DNA from: Oscillospiraceae bacterium
GTDB lineage: Bacteria; Bacillota; Clostridia; Oscillospirales; Oscillospiraceae
Direction of reading: 5' to 3'
DNA: 64,000 nucleotides
NCBI GenBank assembly: GCA_009783555.1
Contig: WRDH01000002.1
Span: forward strand, 61,314-125,313
Shown piece by piece: positions 40,561 through 50,305 of this stretch. Numbering within the stretch: position 1 is the stretch's first letter; the number at the start of each line of letters is the position of its first letter. The position numbers were made by a program, and so were the translations under genes. The notes below the pieces were generated by a model that was not told the origin of the DNA, did no database searches, and saw nothing but the letters and a program-made list of their open reading frames with translations.

Positions 40561-42063
40561 TCACCGCTCCTTAATAAAATCCAGTACAGAAGCCTTCATT
40601 CCCGATACCGCTACAGAATTTTTAAAGCGCGGAATCGCATTCTCCAACGATATCAGCGGCATAGGAACAACGTTTCCTGTTACATCCGACAATTTTTCAA
40701 TTAGTGTCACTCCGCTGCCTGATTTCGGCTGCCCGAGAGCTTCGAGCACTGCTTCGCAAAACTTAAACGGGCTTGCAGTAGACACTACTACCGAAATACT
40801 TTTATCGTTTGTTTTTTCTCTGTAATCGTTTAGAACTTTGTACGCAACTGCTGTGTGCGTGTCAATTAAATAATCGGAATTTTCGAATGTTTCTTTAATA
40901 GTTTCCATTGTATCTTCTTCGGAGCAAAACCCGGAGTCAAAGACACGGTTTAACTCATTTCGGACACTCGAAGGTATCGTGTACAGTCCTTTGTACGATA
41001 GGTCTTTCATATACGCCGAAACAATGTCACCGTTTCTGTCGGAAAGTTCAAACAGCAGTCTTTCAAGGTTACTTGAAACAAGTATATCCATTGATGGTGA
41101 AACAGTTGCAAAAAACGGTCTGTTCCTATCATACACACCTGTGTTTATAAACTGCGTAAGAACGTCGTTTCGATTCGATGCGCAAATCAGTTTGTTTATC
41201 GGCAGTCCCATCTTCTCTGCGTAATAGGCAGAAAGAATATTTCCAAAATTCCCGGTCGGTACACAGAAATTTATTTTATCACCCAACTCTATTTCACCGC
41301 TTTTAAACAAATCACAGTATGCGGAGATATAATATACGATTTGAGGGACAAGTCTTCCCCAGTTAATTGAATTGGCTGATGAAAGAATATATCCGGTTTT
41401 TCCGAGTTCATTGCTTAAATCAACATCCTGAAAAATTGCTTTTACACCTGTTTGCGCATCATCAAAGTTCCCGGCCACTGCAATAACGTTCACATTGCTG
41501 CCGCTTTGAGATGTCATTTGCAACTTTTGTACTTCAGAAACACCGTCACGCGGATAAAAAACTATAACGCTTGTTCCCGCTACATCTCTGAAACCTTCAA
41601 GAGCTGCTTTACCTGTATCTCCCGATGTCGCGACCAGCACACAGACATCCTTAGCTTCTCCCGTTTTCCGCAGTGAAGCTGTCAGTAGTCCGGGCATTAC
41701 TTGAAGAGCCATATCCTTAAATGCGCATGTAGGTCCATGCCACAGCTCAAGAAAATGAGTGCTCTTGTCGAGCTTTTTTAAAGGTGCGATTTTATCGTTG
41801 TAAAAATGATTTACACCTTCTATGCTGTATGCAGCTTTTGAGTACGAGTTGATCACTTCTTTACTAAAATCTTTAAGAAACAGTCCCATGATGTAAGCAG
41901 CACGTTTATAATAAGGTTCTGTAGTCAACTCCGCAATTCGTCCAAGTGTGAGTTTGGGAAATGATTCCGGGACAAATAATCCTCCGTCATCTGCCAAACC
42001 GTGCGCAATTGCTTCTGCACTTGCTACTTTACTATTGTCACCGCGGGTACTTTGATAAAGCAT
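40561..42063 (-). CDS. thrC: Threonine synthase (long form). The likely start is ATG 42061-42063 (MLYQSTRGD), preceded by an AAGGAG ribosome-binding site.
   Basis: MLYQSTRG N-terminus; PLP-lysine motif PTCAFKD; about 500 aa. Confidence 0.9.
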   Translation of the reverse strand: MLYQSTRGDNSKVASAEAIAHGLADDGGLFVPESFPKLTLGRIAELTTEPYYKRAAYIMGLFLKDFSKEVINSYSKAAYSIEGVNHFYNDKIAPLKKLDKSTHFLELWHGPTCAFKDMALQVMPGLLTASLRKTGEAKDVCVLVATSGDTGKAALEGFRDVAGTSVIVFYPRDGVSEVQKLQMTSQSGSNVNVIAVAGNFDDAQTGVKAIFQDVDLSNELGKTGYILSSANSINWGRLVPQIVYYISAYCDLFKSGEIELGDKINFCVPTGNFGNILSAYYAEKMGLPINKLICASNRNDVLTQFINTGVYDRNRPFFATVSPSMDILVSSNLERLLFELSDRNGDIVSAYMKDLSYKGLYTIPSSVRNELNRVFDSGFCSEEDTMETIKETFENSDYLIDTHTAVAYKVLNDYREKTNDKSISVVVSTASPFKFCEAVLEALGQPKSGSGVTLIEKLSDVTGNVVPMPLISLENAIPRFKNSVAVSGMKASVLDFIKER

Positions 42064-42144
42064 AACTATACGCTCCTTGTTTACTAAGACAGTACGAGCA
42101 GGGGTGCACCCCCTACAGATGCATCTCATTTGTTAACGATGATT

Positions 42145-42510
42145 TTAAACCCCAAATGCGTTTTCAATGTGTATTATTTCCGGCTCTTTTGTCAACTCTC
42201 CATCCTTTGCGTATATTTCTATTACGTCAAAGCGCGGTTGCAATTTTGTCGGTCTTTTCATAAGCCAGTAATTTGCAGTTGAGATTATCTTCCTTTGTTT
42301 GCTTTTACTAACATATTCTTTAGCATGAGCAAAGTTTGTGTTCTTCCTTGTCTTCACCTCAATAAATGTAAGGTATTCCTTACTGTTTGCAATTATATCA
42401 ATTTCGCCAAAACGGGAGCGAAACCCTGTCCTTACAACAGTGTATCCTTTATTCTTAAGATATTCAAGAGCTACACCTTCGCCCCACTTCCCCCGCAGTC
42501 TTGGATCCAT
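42145..42510 (-). CDS. yraN: YraN-family (UPF0102) endonuclease
   Basis: GEGVALEYLKNKGYTVV...GEIDIIA motif; 121 aa; downstream of rnhB. Confidence 0.85.
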   Translation of the reverse strand: MDPRLRGKWGEGVALEYLKNKGYTVVRTGFRSRFGEIDIIANSKEYLTFIEVKTRKNTNFAHAKEYVSKSKQRKIISTANYWLMKRPTKLQPRFDVIEIYAKDGELTKEPEIIHIENAFGV

Positions 42511-42596
42511 AATAAAAGAAATCTCCTTAGATTAACTCAAGTACCCCCACACAAAAGATCATCATTCCCACAATACTAAGTCCTAACTCCTAACAC

Positions 42597-43196
42597 CTAA
42601 ATCCTCTTTAAAAACGATACTCTGTGCAGTTCACAAGGTCCATGTTTGCACAATCTTTCATAATGCAGCTTTGTGCCGTAGCCCTTGTGCTTCTCAAATG
42701 CGTATTGCGGGTATACATCTGCCATTTCCAGCATGTATCTATCCCTGCTTACTTTTGCCAGAATAGATGCAGCAGCTATAGAGGCAGAAACTCCGTCACC
42801 GCCTGTTATGCATTTGTTTTTATGCATAACACCTGAACTTCTGTTCCCGTCAATTAAAGATATCTCCGGTTTAACCGAAAGTGTTTCAAGTGCACGGTTC
42901 ATTGCCAGATATGTAGCGTTTAAAATGTTTATCTCATCTATTTCATTTTGGTCTGCCGAAGCGATGGCAAATGACACAGCGGAATCTATAATTAAATCAT
43001 ATAACTCGTTACGTTTTTTTTCTGTCAGTTTTTTGGAATCATTAAGCCCCGGTAAATCGATTTCAAAAGGAAGTATAACGGCTGCAGCATAAACAGCTCC
43101 CGCAAGTGGCCCTCTGCCCGCTTCATCAACTCCGCATATGACCTCAAGCCCTGCAGTTCTGAGCTCCCGTTCAATTCGCCATTTGTCATTTGTCAT
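42597..43196 (-). CDS. rnhB: Ribonuclease HII
   Basis: GVDEAGRGPLAGAV active-site motif; 199 aa. Confidence 0.93.
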   Translation of the reverse strand: MTNDKWRIERELRTAGLEVICGVDEAGRGPLAGAVYAAAVILPFEIDLPGLNDSKKLTEKKRNELYDLIIDSAVSFAIASADQNEIDEINILNATYLAMNRALETLSVKPEISLIDGNRSSGVMHKNKCITGGDGVSASIAAASILAKVSRDRYMLEMADVYPQYAFEKHKGYGTKLHYERLCKHGPCELHRVSFLKRI

Positions 43197-44043
43197 TTAT
43201 CAACTTCTCCAACGTTATTCTCCCAAGCTTTCCGCCTCGAAACTCATCAAGGAGAATTATCGCCATTCGTTGCAAATCGTATTCACCGCCTTGTAAAAGA
43301 AAACCACGTTTTTTTGAAGCTTTCATCAGTAAATCGAATCCGCTTAACCCTTCTTCTATATCAATTTTGTATCTTTTTATAATTCGATCGGGGTAATCAG
43401 CGCAGAGTCTTGACATAAGGTTTGCGCCTAATGTTTCCACGTCAATGATTGTGTCACGTATTGCTCCTGTGAATGCAAGGTTTTCCGCAACAGTTTGGTC
43501 TTCAAACTTCGGCCATAAGACACCGGGCGTATCAAGCAGCTCCAAACCGGTTTCCAGAGTTATCCATTGCTTTCCGCGTGTGACACCCGGCTTGTCCGAG
43601 GTTTGTGTTGCTTTTCGTTTTGCAGCTCTGTTTATAAATGAAGATTTACCGACATTAGGTATTCCGACTATCATAAGGCGCAACTGTTTACCCGTTAAGC
43701 CCTTTGCTGAATATTTTTCAATTTGCTCTGTAAGAAGTGTGCGTACAGTAGTACTCAGTCCGCTAACTCCTTTACCGCTTTTGCTGTCTGTTTCCAGAAT
43801 GGCTGCACCACTGTTTTTAAAGTGTGCAGCCCATTTCTTTGTTATTTCCGGATCCGCCTGATCGATTCTGTTGAGGATAATAAGCCGGGGTTTCCCGTGA
43901 GTCATATCGTCCAAATCGGGATTTCTGCTCGACATCGGTATCCTTGCATCTATTACTTCACAAACGGCATCAATAAGCTTAATATTCTCCGTAATCATCC
44001 TGCGGGTCTTGGTCATATGCCCGGGAAACCATTGTATGTTCAT
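43186..44043 (-). CDS. rbgA: Ribosome biogenesis GTPase A (RbgA/YlqF). The likely start is MNIQWFPGHM.
   Basis: Circularly permuted GTPase; IQWFPGHM; GIPNVGKSS; DTPG. Confidence 0.9.
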   Translation of the reverse strand: MNIQWFPGHMTKTRRMITENIKLIDAVCEVIDARIPMSSRNPDLDDMTHGKPRLIILNRIDQADPEITKKWAAHFKNSGAAILETDSKSGKGVSGLSTTVRTLLTEQIEKYSAKGLTGKQLRLMIVGIPNVGKSSFINRAAKRKATQTSDKPGVTRGKQWITLETGLELLDTPGVLWPKFEDQTVAENLAFTGAIRDTIIDVETLGANLMSRLCADYPDRIIKRYKIDIEEGLSGFDLLMKASKKRGFLLQGGEYDLQRMAIILLDEFRGGKLGRITLEKLINDK

Positions 44044-44073
44044 TTTTTCTGACATTGTAGTTGTTTGCATAGT

Positions 44074-44667
44074 TTATGACACAAAACCAAACCGGCTCCA
44101 GTCGCGATGTCCAATATCATCGGCACCGGGTATCAGTACAAGCAAAACCTTTCCAAGAATATATCGCGTATCTACCAGTCCGACAACATTGTCGCGACTG
44201 TCTGTTGAGCTGTTTCTGTTATCGCCCAGAACAAACACAAATCCCGGAGGTATTGTCAAAGGTCCGGTGAAATCGTTTGGAGTTGTCGTAACTGCGGGAG
44301 GATTTAATTCCGCTACATTATCAACGTACACGATGCCTGTATCAAAATCAATATAAACTTCTTGGTTTTCTATAGCTATTACACGCTTAACAAGCGGAAA
44401 TTCAAACTGATCCGAAGGAGATTGAAACACAATTATATCTCCGTTTGCGGGAGAATAAAACAAGTTTGATATTATTACTCTGTCATTATGATGAAGTGTT
44501 TGAAACATGGACCTGCCGTCAACGCCTATGGTTCTGCCGATAAAAACAAAAATGAGCACACCGAGAATAATCGCAAAAACAACGCATTGGATCCAATCAT
44601 AAAGCTCCATACGCACACGGGCTGCTTTGTCATTCATTTCTTCATTTTGTCTGATAATTCTTTCCAT
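44074..44667 (-). CDS. lepB: Signal peptidase I
   Basis: GRSMFQTL (Ser nucleophile box), KRVIA, GDNRNSSTDSR boxes. Confidence 0.9.
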   Translation of the reverse strand: MERIIRQNEEMNDKAARVRMELYDWIQCVVFAIILGVLIFVFIGRTIGVDGRSMFQTLHHNDRVIISNLFYSPANGDIIVFQSPSDQFEFPLVKRVIAIENQEVYIDFDTGIVYVDNVAELNPPAVTTTPNDFTGPLTIPPGFVFVLGDNRNSSTDSRDNVVGLVDTRYILGKVLLVLIPGADDIGHRDWSRFGFVS

Positions 44668-44713
44668 CTCAAGCTCCTCGGTAAATTAGCTGTTATTATA
44701 CACTAATCTTACA

Positions 44714-44748
44714 GTAAAAAAAAGGGCAAACAGCCCCTTTTTTTTAAA
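44714..44748. terminator. Short hairpin flanked by A8 and T8 downstream of rplS; a weak bidirectional terminator
   Basis: aaaaaaaagggcaaacagccccttttttttt. Confidence 0.45.
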
Positions 44749-44831
44749 TATTCAATATTACCGGCACTTTATAACAAGAGATCATTTTTCTCGCACTGTG
44801 CGAATTTAAGAAAAGCGTTTCAACCGATAGG

Positions 44832-45173
44832 TTACACTCTTTCTTTTACTTTTGCTTTTTTACCTATCTTGTCTCTCAGATAATAAAGCTTTGCTCTTCT
44901 TACTTTGCCGCGTCTTACGGTGTCAACCGAAACGATTGTTGGTGAATGAACGGGAAAGACTTTCTCACATCCGACATTATATGATATACGTCTTACTGTG
45001 ATAGTTTCATTAATTCCGCCATGTTTTTTTGCAATAATCGTACCTTCAAACGCTTGATTGCGTTCGCGGTTGCCTTCTTTTACACGTACCGTGACTCTGA
45101 CCGTATCCCCTACATTCATGGGCGGCAGCTCCGGCTTCATATACTGCTCACTGAGAGCTTTCACTAAATCCAT
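44832..45173 (-). CDS. rplS: 50S ribosomal protein L19
   Basis: [14 protein letters not shown]-terminus; 113 aa; classic lepB-rbgA-rnhB neighbourhood. Confidence 0.93.
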   Translation of the reverse strand: MDLVKALSEQYMKPELPPMNVGDTVRVTVRVKEGNRERNQAFEGTIIAKKHGGINETITVRRISYNVGCEKVFPVHSPTIVSVDTVRRGKVRRAKLYYLRDKIGKKAKVKERV

Positions 45174-45291
45174 TATATTCTTCCTCCACTAAACAAACAC
45201 GCCTAGGTATGTTAACACATACAAAATTCAATTGCAAGTGTTTTTTTATTATGTTATACTTACAGTCGTATTTAGGATAGGAGAGAGAAAT

Positions 45292-46140
45292 TTGAAGGCT
45301 TTTAGTCGTGCAATCGACAGATTTTGTCAGAAACACAGAAGATTCGGTATTCCGAGATTGATGCTCTATTTGGTCATCATTTCCGCAATCGTATTCATTC
45401 TCAGCGGAGAAGGTATGTTCGCTCTGCTGATGTTTAATCCCGGACTTATATTAAGCGGTCAGGTGTGGAGACTTGTAACCTGGATTTTTATTCCTGTAAC
45501 AAATAATATTATCTGGGCCGCTGTTGCTCTTTATTTTTATTATTTTGTTGGCTCAACACTTGAACGTGAGTGGGGTGCGGGTAAATTCACGATTTACTAC
45601 ATTTTCGGAATTTTGCTTAACATTATTTACGGCTTCGTCATGTGGTTTGCACTTGGTATACCTGCGATGCTTACACCGATTTATCTGAATCTGTCAATGT
45701 TTTTTGCCTTTGCGACATTGTTTCCTGAGGTTCAAATCCGACTCTTCTTCATTATTCCCGTAAAAGTAAAATGGATGGCTCTGGTAAACGCCGGTTTCTT
45801 CCTGCTCAGCATAATTCAGGGAATACTTGCACAGCAAATCTTCTCCGCTTTATTACCTGTTGTAGCAATACTTAATTACTTCCTTATGTGCGGAGAAGAG
45901 CTGTTGGCACATTTTCGTCCGCTAAAGATGCGCACATCTCCGCAGGTTATAAATTTCAAAAAGGCTTCAAAGCAGGTAAAGCGGGATATGGCCGACAAGC
46001 CTTACCGTCACAAGTGTGCAGTCTGCGGCAAAACTGACTCTGAGTACCCTGATCTTGAGTTTCGCTACTGCTCTAAATGCGAAGGTTATCATTGCTTCTG
46101 TATAGACCACATAAACAATCATATACATTTTGATGAGTAA
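45292..46140 (+). CDS. Polytopic membrane protein with a C-terminal cytoplasmic C4 zinc-ribbon; function unknown. The likely start is TTG 45292, preceded by an AGGAGAGAG ribosome-binding site.
   Basis: Six or seven hydrophobic helices; C-terminal CAVCGK...CSKCEGYHC motif. Confidence 0.55.
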   Translation: MKAFSRAIDRFCQKHRRFGIPRLMLYLVIISAIVFILSGEGMFALLMFNPGLILSGQVWRLVTWIFIPVTNNIIWAAVALYFYYFVGSTLEREWGAGKFTIYYIFGILLNIIYGFVMWFALGIPAMLTPIYLNLSMFFAFATLFPEVQIRLFFIIPVKVKWMALVNAGFFLLSIIQGILAQQIFSALLPVVAILNYFLMCGEELLAHFRPLKMRTSPQVINFKKASKQVKRDMADKPYRHKCAVCGKTDSEYPDLEFRYCSKCEGYHCFCIDHINNHIHFDE

Positions 46141-46143
46141 GTG

Positions 46144-46285
46144 GTAGCTGCGCGGAGGGTATCCTGAACACTTTTATTAGTTCCAGCCAACGCACTAGCA
46201 CGTCAGCGAAAATTCAAGTGTTCGGCAAAACTTGTGTGCCGACTGAAACTAATAAAAGTGTTCAGGATACCCTCCACGCAGCTAC
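46144..46285. repeat. Copy 1 of a ~142-bp structured intergenic repeat element with ~37-bp terminal inverted repeats
   Basis: gtagctgcgcggagggtatcctgaacacttttattag ... ctaataaaagtgttcaggataccctccacgcagctac; internal core about 85% identical to the reverse complement of copy 2. Confidence 0.8.
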
Positions 46286-46337
46286 ATATTGTAAAAAAGC
46301 CCAAACAAAAAGCCGCTTTCAGCGGCTTTTGTTATGC

Positions 46338-46523
46338 TTAGTTAAATCTTTTATTTTTGTTTTTACGGGCGGCTTCAGATTTTTTGCGGCGTTTTACACT
46401 GGGACTCTGATAGTATTCCTTTTTTCTTAAATCCGAGAGGACGCCGGACTTTGCACAATTACGCTTAAATCTTTTCAGTGCGCTGTCAAGAGATTCGTTA
46501 TCCTTGATATGTACTTCCGACAT
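46338..46523 (-). CDS. rpsU: 30S ribosomal protein S21
   Basis: [22 protein letters not shown]-terminus; 61 aa. Confidence 0.93.
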   Translation of the reverse strand: MSEVHIKDNESLDSALKRFKRNCAKSGVLSDLRKKEYYQSPSVKRRKKSEAARKNKNKRFN

Positions 46524-46638
46524 TTATTCTTCCCTCCCTCCGATACGTACTGTTTGTACGTTTAGCTTCTATAAACATCTGCTTTGCAGTCATAGCATGG
46601 ACATTATATTGATATGCAATATAGATGTCAATAAATTT

Positions 46639-48075
46639 TTATCCTTCAGCTATCTCCGGCGCAACACTCTCGCTTGCTTCGACAGCTTGAGCGACTCCCG
46701 GTATTTGTAAATCGCCTGCTGATTCTGTGCCGAGAAAGCCCGGTATGTTCATTCCTGCCATCTTGAACATCTCGTTAAGCGGCGGAATTGAGCGCATCAT
46801 GCCGGCTAGAAAATTCGATGTCGTCGGTGAGCCGCCGTCTCCGCTCATTGAATCCCACACTGTTATCTTGTCTATTTGCAGATTCTTTATTGCTTCTACT
46901 TGAATCTTCACAAGATCTTCTATCTTATCCGCAATCATTAATTGCACGGCTGCTTTTGTATCTCCTCCTGCCGCATCCACGACTTTTCCGAAGCCTATAG
47001 CTTGTTTTTCAAGAACCTCTTGAATACCGCGTGCTTGTGCTTCCATCCTTGCGAAAATTGCATCGGCGTCACCTTTTGCTCTACGTCTTGTTTGCTCCGC
47101 ATCGGCTTCAGCTTCAAGCTCGAGTCTCTCTTTAGCAATCTTGGCATTAACGATAATGTCGGCTTGTCCTGTTGCCGCATCCCTGTCAGCCCTCGCTTGC
47201 TCTGCTGCTTTTTGAGCGGCATATGCTTCTTCCAGCGCACGGGCTTCGGCTGTACGCTCGGCGGCAGTCGCTCGGCGAAGTGCTTCTGCTTCCATTTCAC
47301 GTCTTGTTGCATCGGATTTTGCTATGATAGCTTTTGATTCATTTTCACCTTCAACTGCTTTAGCATCGGATGCAGCAACCGAAATACGTTCATCTCTTAC
47401 AGCCTTTGATGCACCGATAGAACCGTCACGGTTCTTTTCGGCAACGCTTTGCTTTGCATCGTTTATTGCTCTTGCGGCTGCTTCTTTACCAAGTGCTTCG
47501 ATATATCCCGACTCATCGTTAATGTCTGTGACGTTAACGTTTATCAGACGAAGACCGATTTTCTTGAGTTCCGTTTCTACATTACGTGAAACAGCTTCAA
47601 GAAACTTATCACGGTCAGTATTTATTTCTTCAATTGCCATTGTCGCTATGACCAGCCTTAACTGACCAAACATAATATCTCTTGCCAGTTCTTGAATTTC
47701 CGATGATTTAAGACCCAGCAGGCGTTCGGCGGCATTTTGCATGACTCCCATTTCAGTTGAAATACCAACAGTAAAGCGTGAAGGAACATCAACACGTATG
47801 TTTTGCTGTGAAAGTGCTTTTGTCAGATCAACATTAATTGTCATCGGCGTTAGATCCAGATACTGGAAGGATTGAAATATCGGCCAGATAAATGCGGCAC
47901 CGCCGTGAATACACTTTGCTGCTCGAGGGCTTCCGTCTGCATTAGGTGCGACTTTACCATAAATAATCAGTATTTTATCAGACGGACATTTACGATATCG
48001 CGAGAGAATGAGAATCAACATCATCAAGACAAATACCGCTGCGACAGCTATTAGAATTACCACCATTTCACTCAT
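46639..48075 (-). CDS. floT: Flotillin-like SPFH/band-7 protein (FloT type)
   Basis: N-terminal TM helix, SPFH domain, long Ala/Glu-rich coiled coil (EAEALRRATAAERTAEARALEEAYAAQKAAEQARADRD). Confidence 0.85.
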   Translation of the reverse strand: MSEMVVILIAVAAVFVLMMLILILSRYRKCPSDKILIIYGKVAPNADGSPRAAKCIHGGAAFIWPIFQSFQYLDLTPMTINVDLTKALSQQNIRVDVPSRFTVGISTEMGVMQNAAERLLGLKSSEIQELARDIMFGQLRLVIATMAIEEINTDRDKFLEAVSRNVETELKKIGLRLINVNVTDINDESGYIEALGKEAAARAINDAKQSVAEKNRDGSIGASKAVRDERISVAASDAKAVEGENESKAIIAKSDATRREMEAEALRRATAAERTAEARALEEAYAAQKAAEQARADRDAATGQADIIVNAKIAKERLELEAEADAEQTRRRAKGDADAIFARMEAQARGIQEVLEKQAIGFGKVVDAAGGDTKAAVQLMIADKIEDLVKIQVEAIKNLQIDKITVWDSMSGDGGSPTTSNFLAGMMRSIPPLNEMFKMAGMNIPGFLGTESAGDLQIPGVAQAVEASESVAPEIAEG

Positions 48076-48149
48076 ACTTTAATTCCTCCAAACATTATAT
48101 TCATTGTATTCCTTACTTTCGATTGTATGTTTTCGTTTTTATTTGCACT

Positions 48150-48791
48150 CTAACTCTGCGAATCTGATTTAACGGGTGTTACGACCAAAGTATCTCCGTC
48201 CGAGATTGATAGAACTTTAACTTTTGTTTCAGGTAAAATATCTGTATCAGAATCCGTTACGGCATCGAGCTCAACAAAACGTTCTTGCAGCAGCATTGTA
48301 ACTTTGCCCTTATCCGTACGTCCCGCAGGAACTCTTATATATACATCCCCTATGAGTGCTACAGCATTATTTATATTTAGATTTCCGCTTGTTTGCATTC
48401 TAAGCGCAAGACGTATAACGATTGCGGCAAGCATTAATGCACAGACACCCACAAACAATGAGATTTGTATTGCCCAGAAAGGATGCAGTCCTGCTGCAAG
48501 AGAAGCCAGCCCGGCCCAGCCGCCGAGTGCGAAAAATGCAACTATTCCGCGTATTGTGAATATTTTAAACGTACTTGCTGTACCGTAACCTTTAGAATCA
48601 GGCGGTGTTGTTTCAGCGGTCGTATCAATACCTCCGTCATCTATGTCACTATCGGCTTCGCTGCCGAATCCTACACCAATAATCATAAGTATCAACTGCA
48701 AAAACATAACAATAGTCATAGGAATTGCAGCACAGGCCATTATCTGACCTATTAGTCCGAGGTTATTCCACCAGACAGAAAACCATCCCAT
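48150..48791 (-). CDS. NfeD-family membrane protein (flotillin partner, YuaF-like) with a C-terminal OB-fold
   Basis: Immediately upstream of the flotillin gene; TM helices plus C-terminal KGKVTMLL...VKVLSISDGDTLVVTPV beta-rich domain. Confidence 0.75.
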   Translation of the reverse strand: MGWFSVWWNNLGLIGQIMACAAIPMTIVMFLQLILMIIGVGFGSEADSDIDDGGIDTTAETTPPDSKGYGTASTFKIFTIRGIVAFFALGGWAGLASLAAGLHPFWAIQISLFVGVCALMLAAIVIRLALRMQTSGNLNINNAVALIGDVYIRVPAGRTDKGKVTMLLQERFVELDAVTDSDTDILPETKVKVLSISDGDTLVVTPVKSDSQS

Positions 48792-48842
48792 ATATCAAGC
48801 GACTCCTTTCGTATCTTGCCTTTCCTTTGCGTCTTACTTTCC

Positions 48843-49673
48843 TTACTTTGGATTCTTCCTTACATACCAAGGCTTAGCCGGTTGTTTCTTTTCTTCTTCA
48901 ACAGAGGTGTTATTACGCGCATCTTCATCATGGTCTATTATTATTCTCTCTACACTGCTTATATCCCACTCTCTGAGTGCCTGACTAACGGTTTTTCTGG
49001 TTTCAACGATGTCTTCAAGAACTTCGTCCGGCTCAGGCTCTTCGACAGGGACAACCTCGGGAACAAGTGTAATTTCAAGCTTTGGCAGCACCGGAGGCGG
49101 CGTCGGTTTCGGTTCGTCCATTTCGGATAGCACAGCACCCATCATTGCTTCAACTCTGCGTTTGACATCTGTGCATACACAAGCAAACATCATTACTGTA
49201 AGAGCTTTTCTTATCCTTACTCTTGAATCGGGATTCGGGTCACTGTAATCCTTAATTACGTTATTTATTACTGTCTCTACACCGCTTTTTGAGTGATCGT
49301 CCGTTTGACTGCTTTGCTTAAGAGCCTGACATAAGTAATCATATATAAGGCTTTCCTTTATAATAGTTTCACTACCGTTTTGGGGTTTACCGTTGACATA
49401 CTCCATGAGACGTGCAATATTCTCCAGCTTTATACATTCCTTCAGCGCATTTATGATAAGTATACGTGCTATATGGACTTCTTCGTATTTTTTTCCGACA
49501 GGATGCTCTACCCATCCCCTTTTAACCCAATTTTGAATCGTTGAGCCTTCAAGACCTGTCACCGCACTCACTTGCGAGAGACTTAATCCGCCCGTTGCTT
49601 CCAGAAGCATCTCTATCTTTGCAAAACCCTTTTCATCAGGACTTCCGGTCTGCGCTTTCTCTTTTGAAACCAT
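48843..49673 (-). CDS. DUF1836-like putative HTH protein with a Pro/Glu-rich C-terminal tail; call is tentative
   Basis: LSLSQVSAVTGLEGSTIQNWVKRGWV HTH-like N-terminus; upstream of nfeD-floT. Confidence 0.5.
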   Translation of the reverse strand: MVSKEKAQTGSPDEKGFAKIEMLLEATGGLSLSQVSAVTGLEGSTIQNWVKRGWVEHPVGKKYEEVHIARILIINALKECIKLENIARLMEYVNGKPQNGSETIIKESLIYDYLCQALKQSSQTDDHSKSGVETVINNVIKDYSDPNPDSRVRIRKALTVMMFACVCTDVKRRVEAMMGAVLSEMDEPKPTPPPVLPKLEITLVPEVVPVEEPEPDEVLEDIVETRKTVSQALREWDISSVERIIIDHDEDARNNTSVEEEKKQPAKPWYVRKNPK

Positions 49674-49857
49674 CCCTTGTATTCCTCCGTTATCTTAGAA
49701 TTTTGAACGAAACGATGAGTTCTGTGGCTCTCTTTTTAAGGCAAAATAAATAATATCACAGGTTCGCACGAACTGCAATAGTAAATTTCTGAAAATTCAA
49801 GTAATGTTATGACCTCCAGTTGAAGGTCGCATGATTGTGCAGTAGTTCAGTAATACA

Positions 49858-49888
49858 AAGAAGCTGTTGTAATTTTCAACAGCTTCTT
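49858..49888 (-). terminator. Hairpin downstream of the rplL stop codon
   Basis: gaagctgttg taatttt caacagcttc perfect 10-bp stem. Confidence 0.5.
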
Positions 49889-49905
49889 CATTACTATAAA
49901 TCAAC

Positions 49906-50283
49906 TTACTTAATTTCTATTTCCGCGCCTGCTGCGGCGAGTTTTTCTTTAAGCTCGTTTGCTTCGTCTTTGCTGACACCTTCTTTGATTTTTGCCGGTA
50001 CAGCTTCAACGAGTGCTTTTGCTTCTGCAAGACCAAGTCCCGTGATTGTGCGGACTTCTTTGATAACCTTGACTTTTTCCGCACCGAAGCTTGTCATTAC
50101 AACATCAAACTCCGTTTGCTCTTCGGCCGCGGCTGCCGGACCTGCCGCTCCTGCAGCGGGTGCTGCCATTGCAGCTGCAGATACACCGAATACTTCTTCG
50201 AGTTCTTTTACCATTTCTGAAAGTTCTATTACTGTCAGAGCTTTAATTTCTTCAATTAAGGCTTTAATTTTATCACTAGCCAT
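49906..50283 (-). CDS. rplL: 50S ribosomal protein L7/L12
   Basis: [30 protein letters not shown]; C-terminal domain; 125 aa. Confidence 0.95.
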   Translation of the reverse strand: MASDKIKALIEEIKALTVIELSEMVKELEEVFGVSAAAMAAPAAGAAGPAAAAEEQTEFDVVMTSFGAEKVKVIKEVRTITGLGLAEAKALVEAVPAKIKEGVSKDEANELKEKLAAAGAEIEIK

Positions 50284-50305
50284 TTCTTAATACCTCCAAT
50301 TATTT

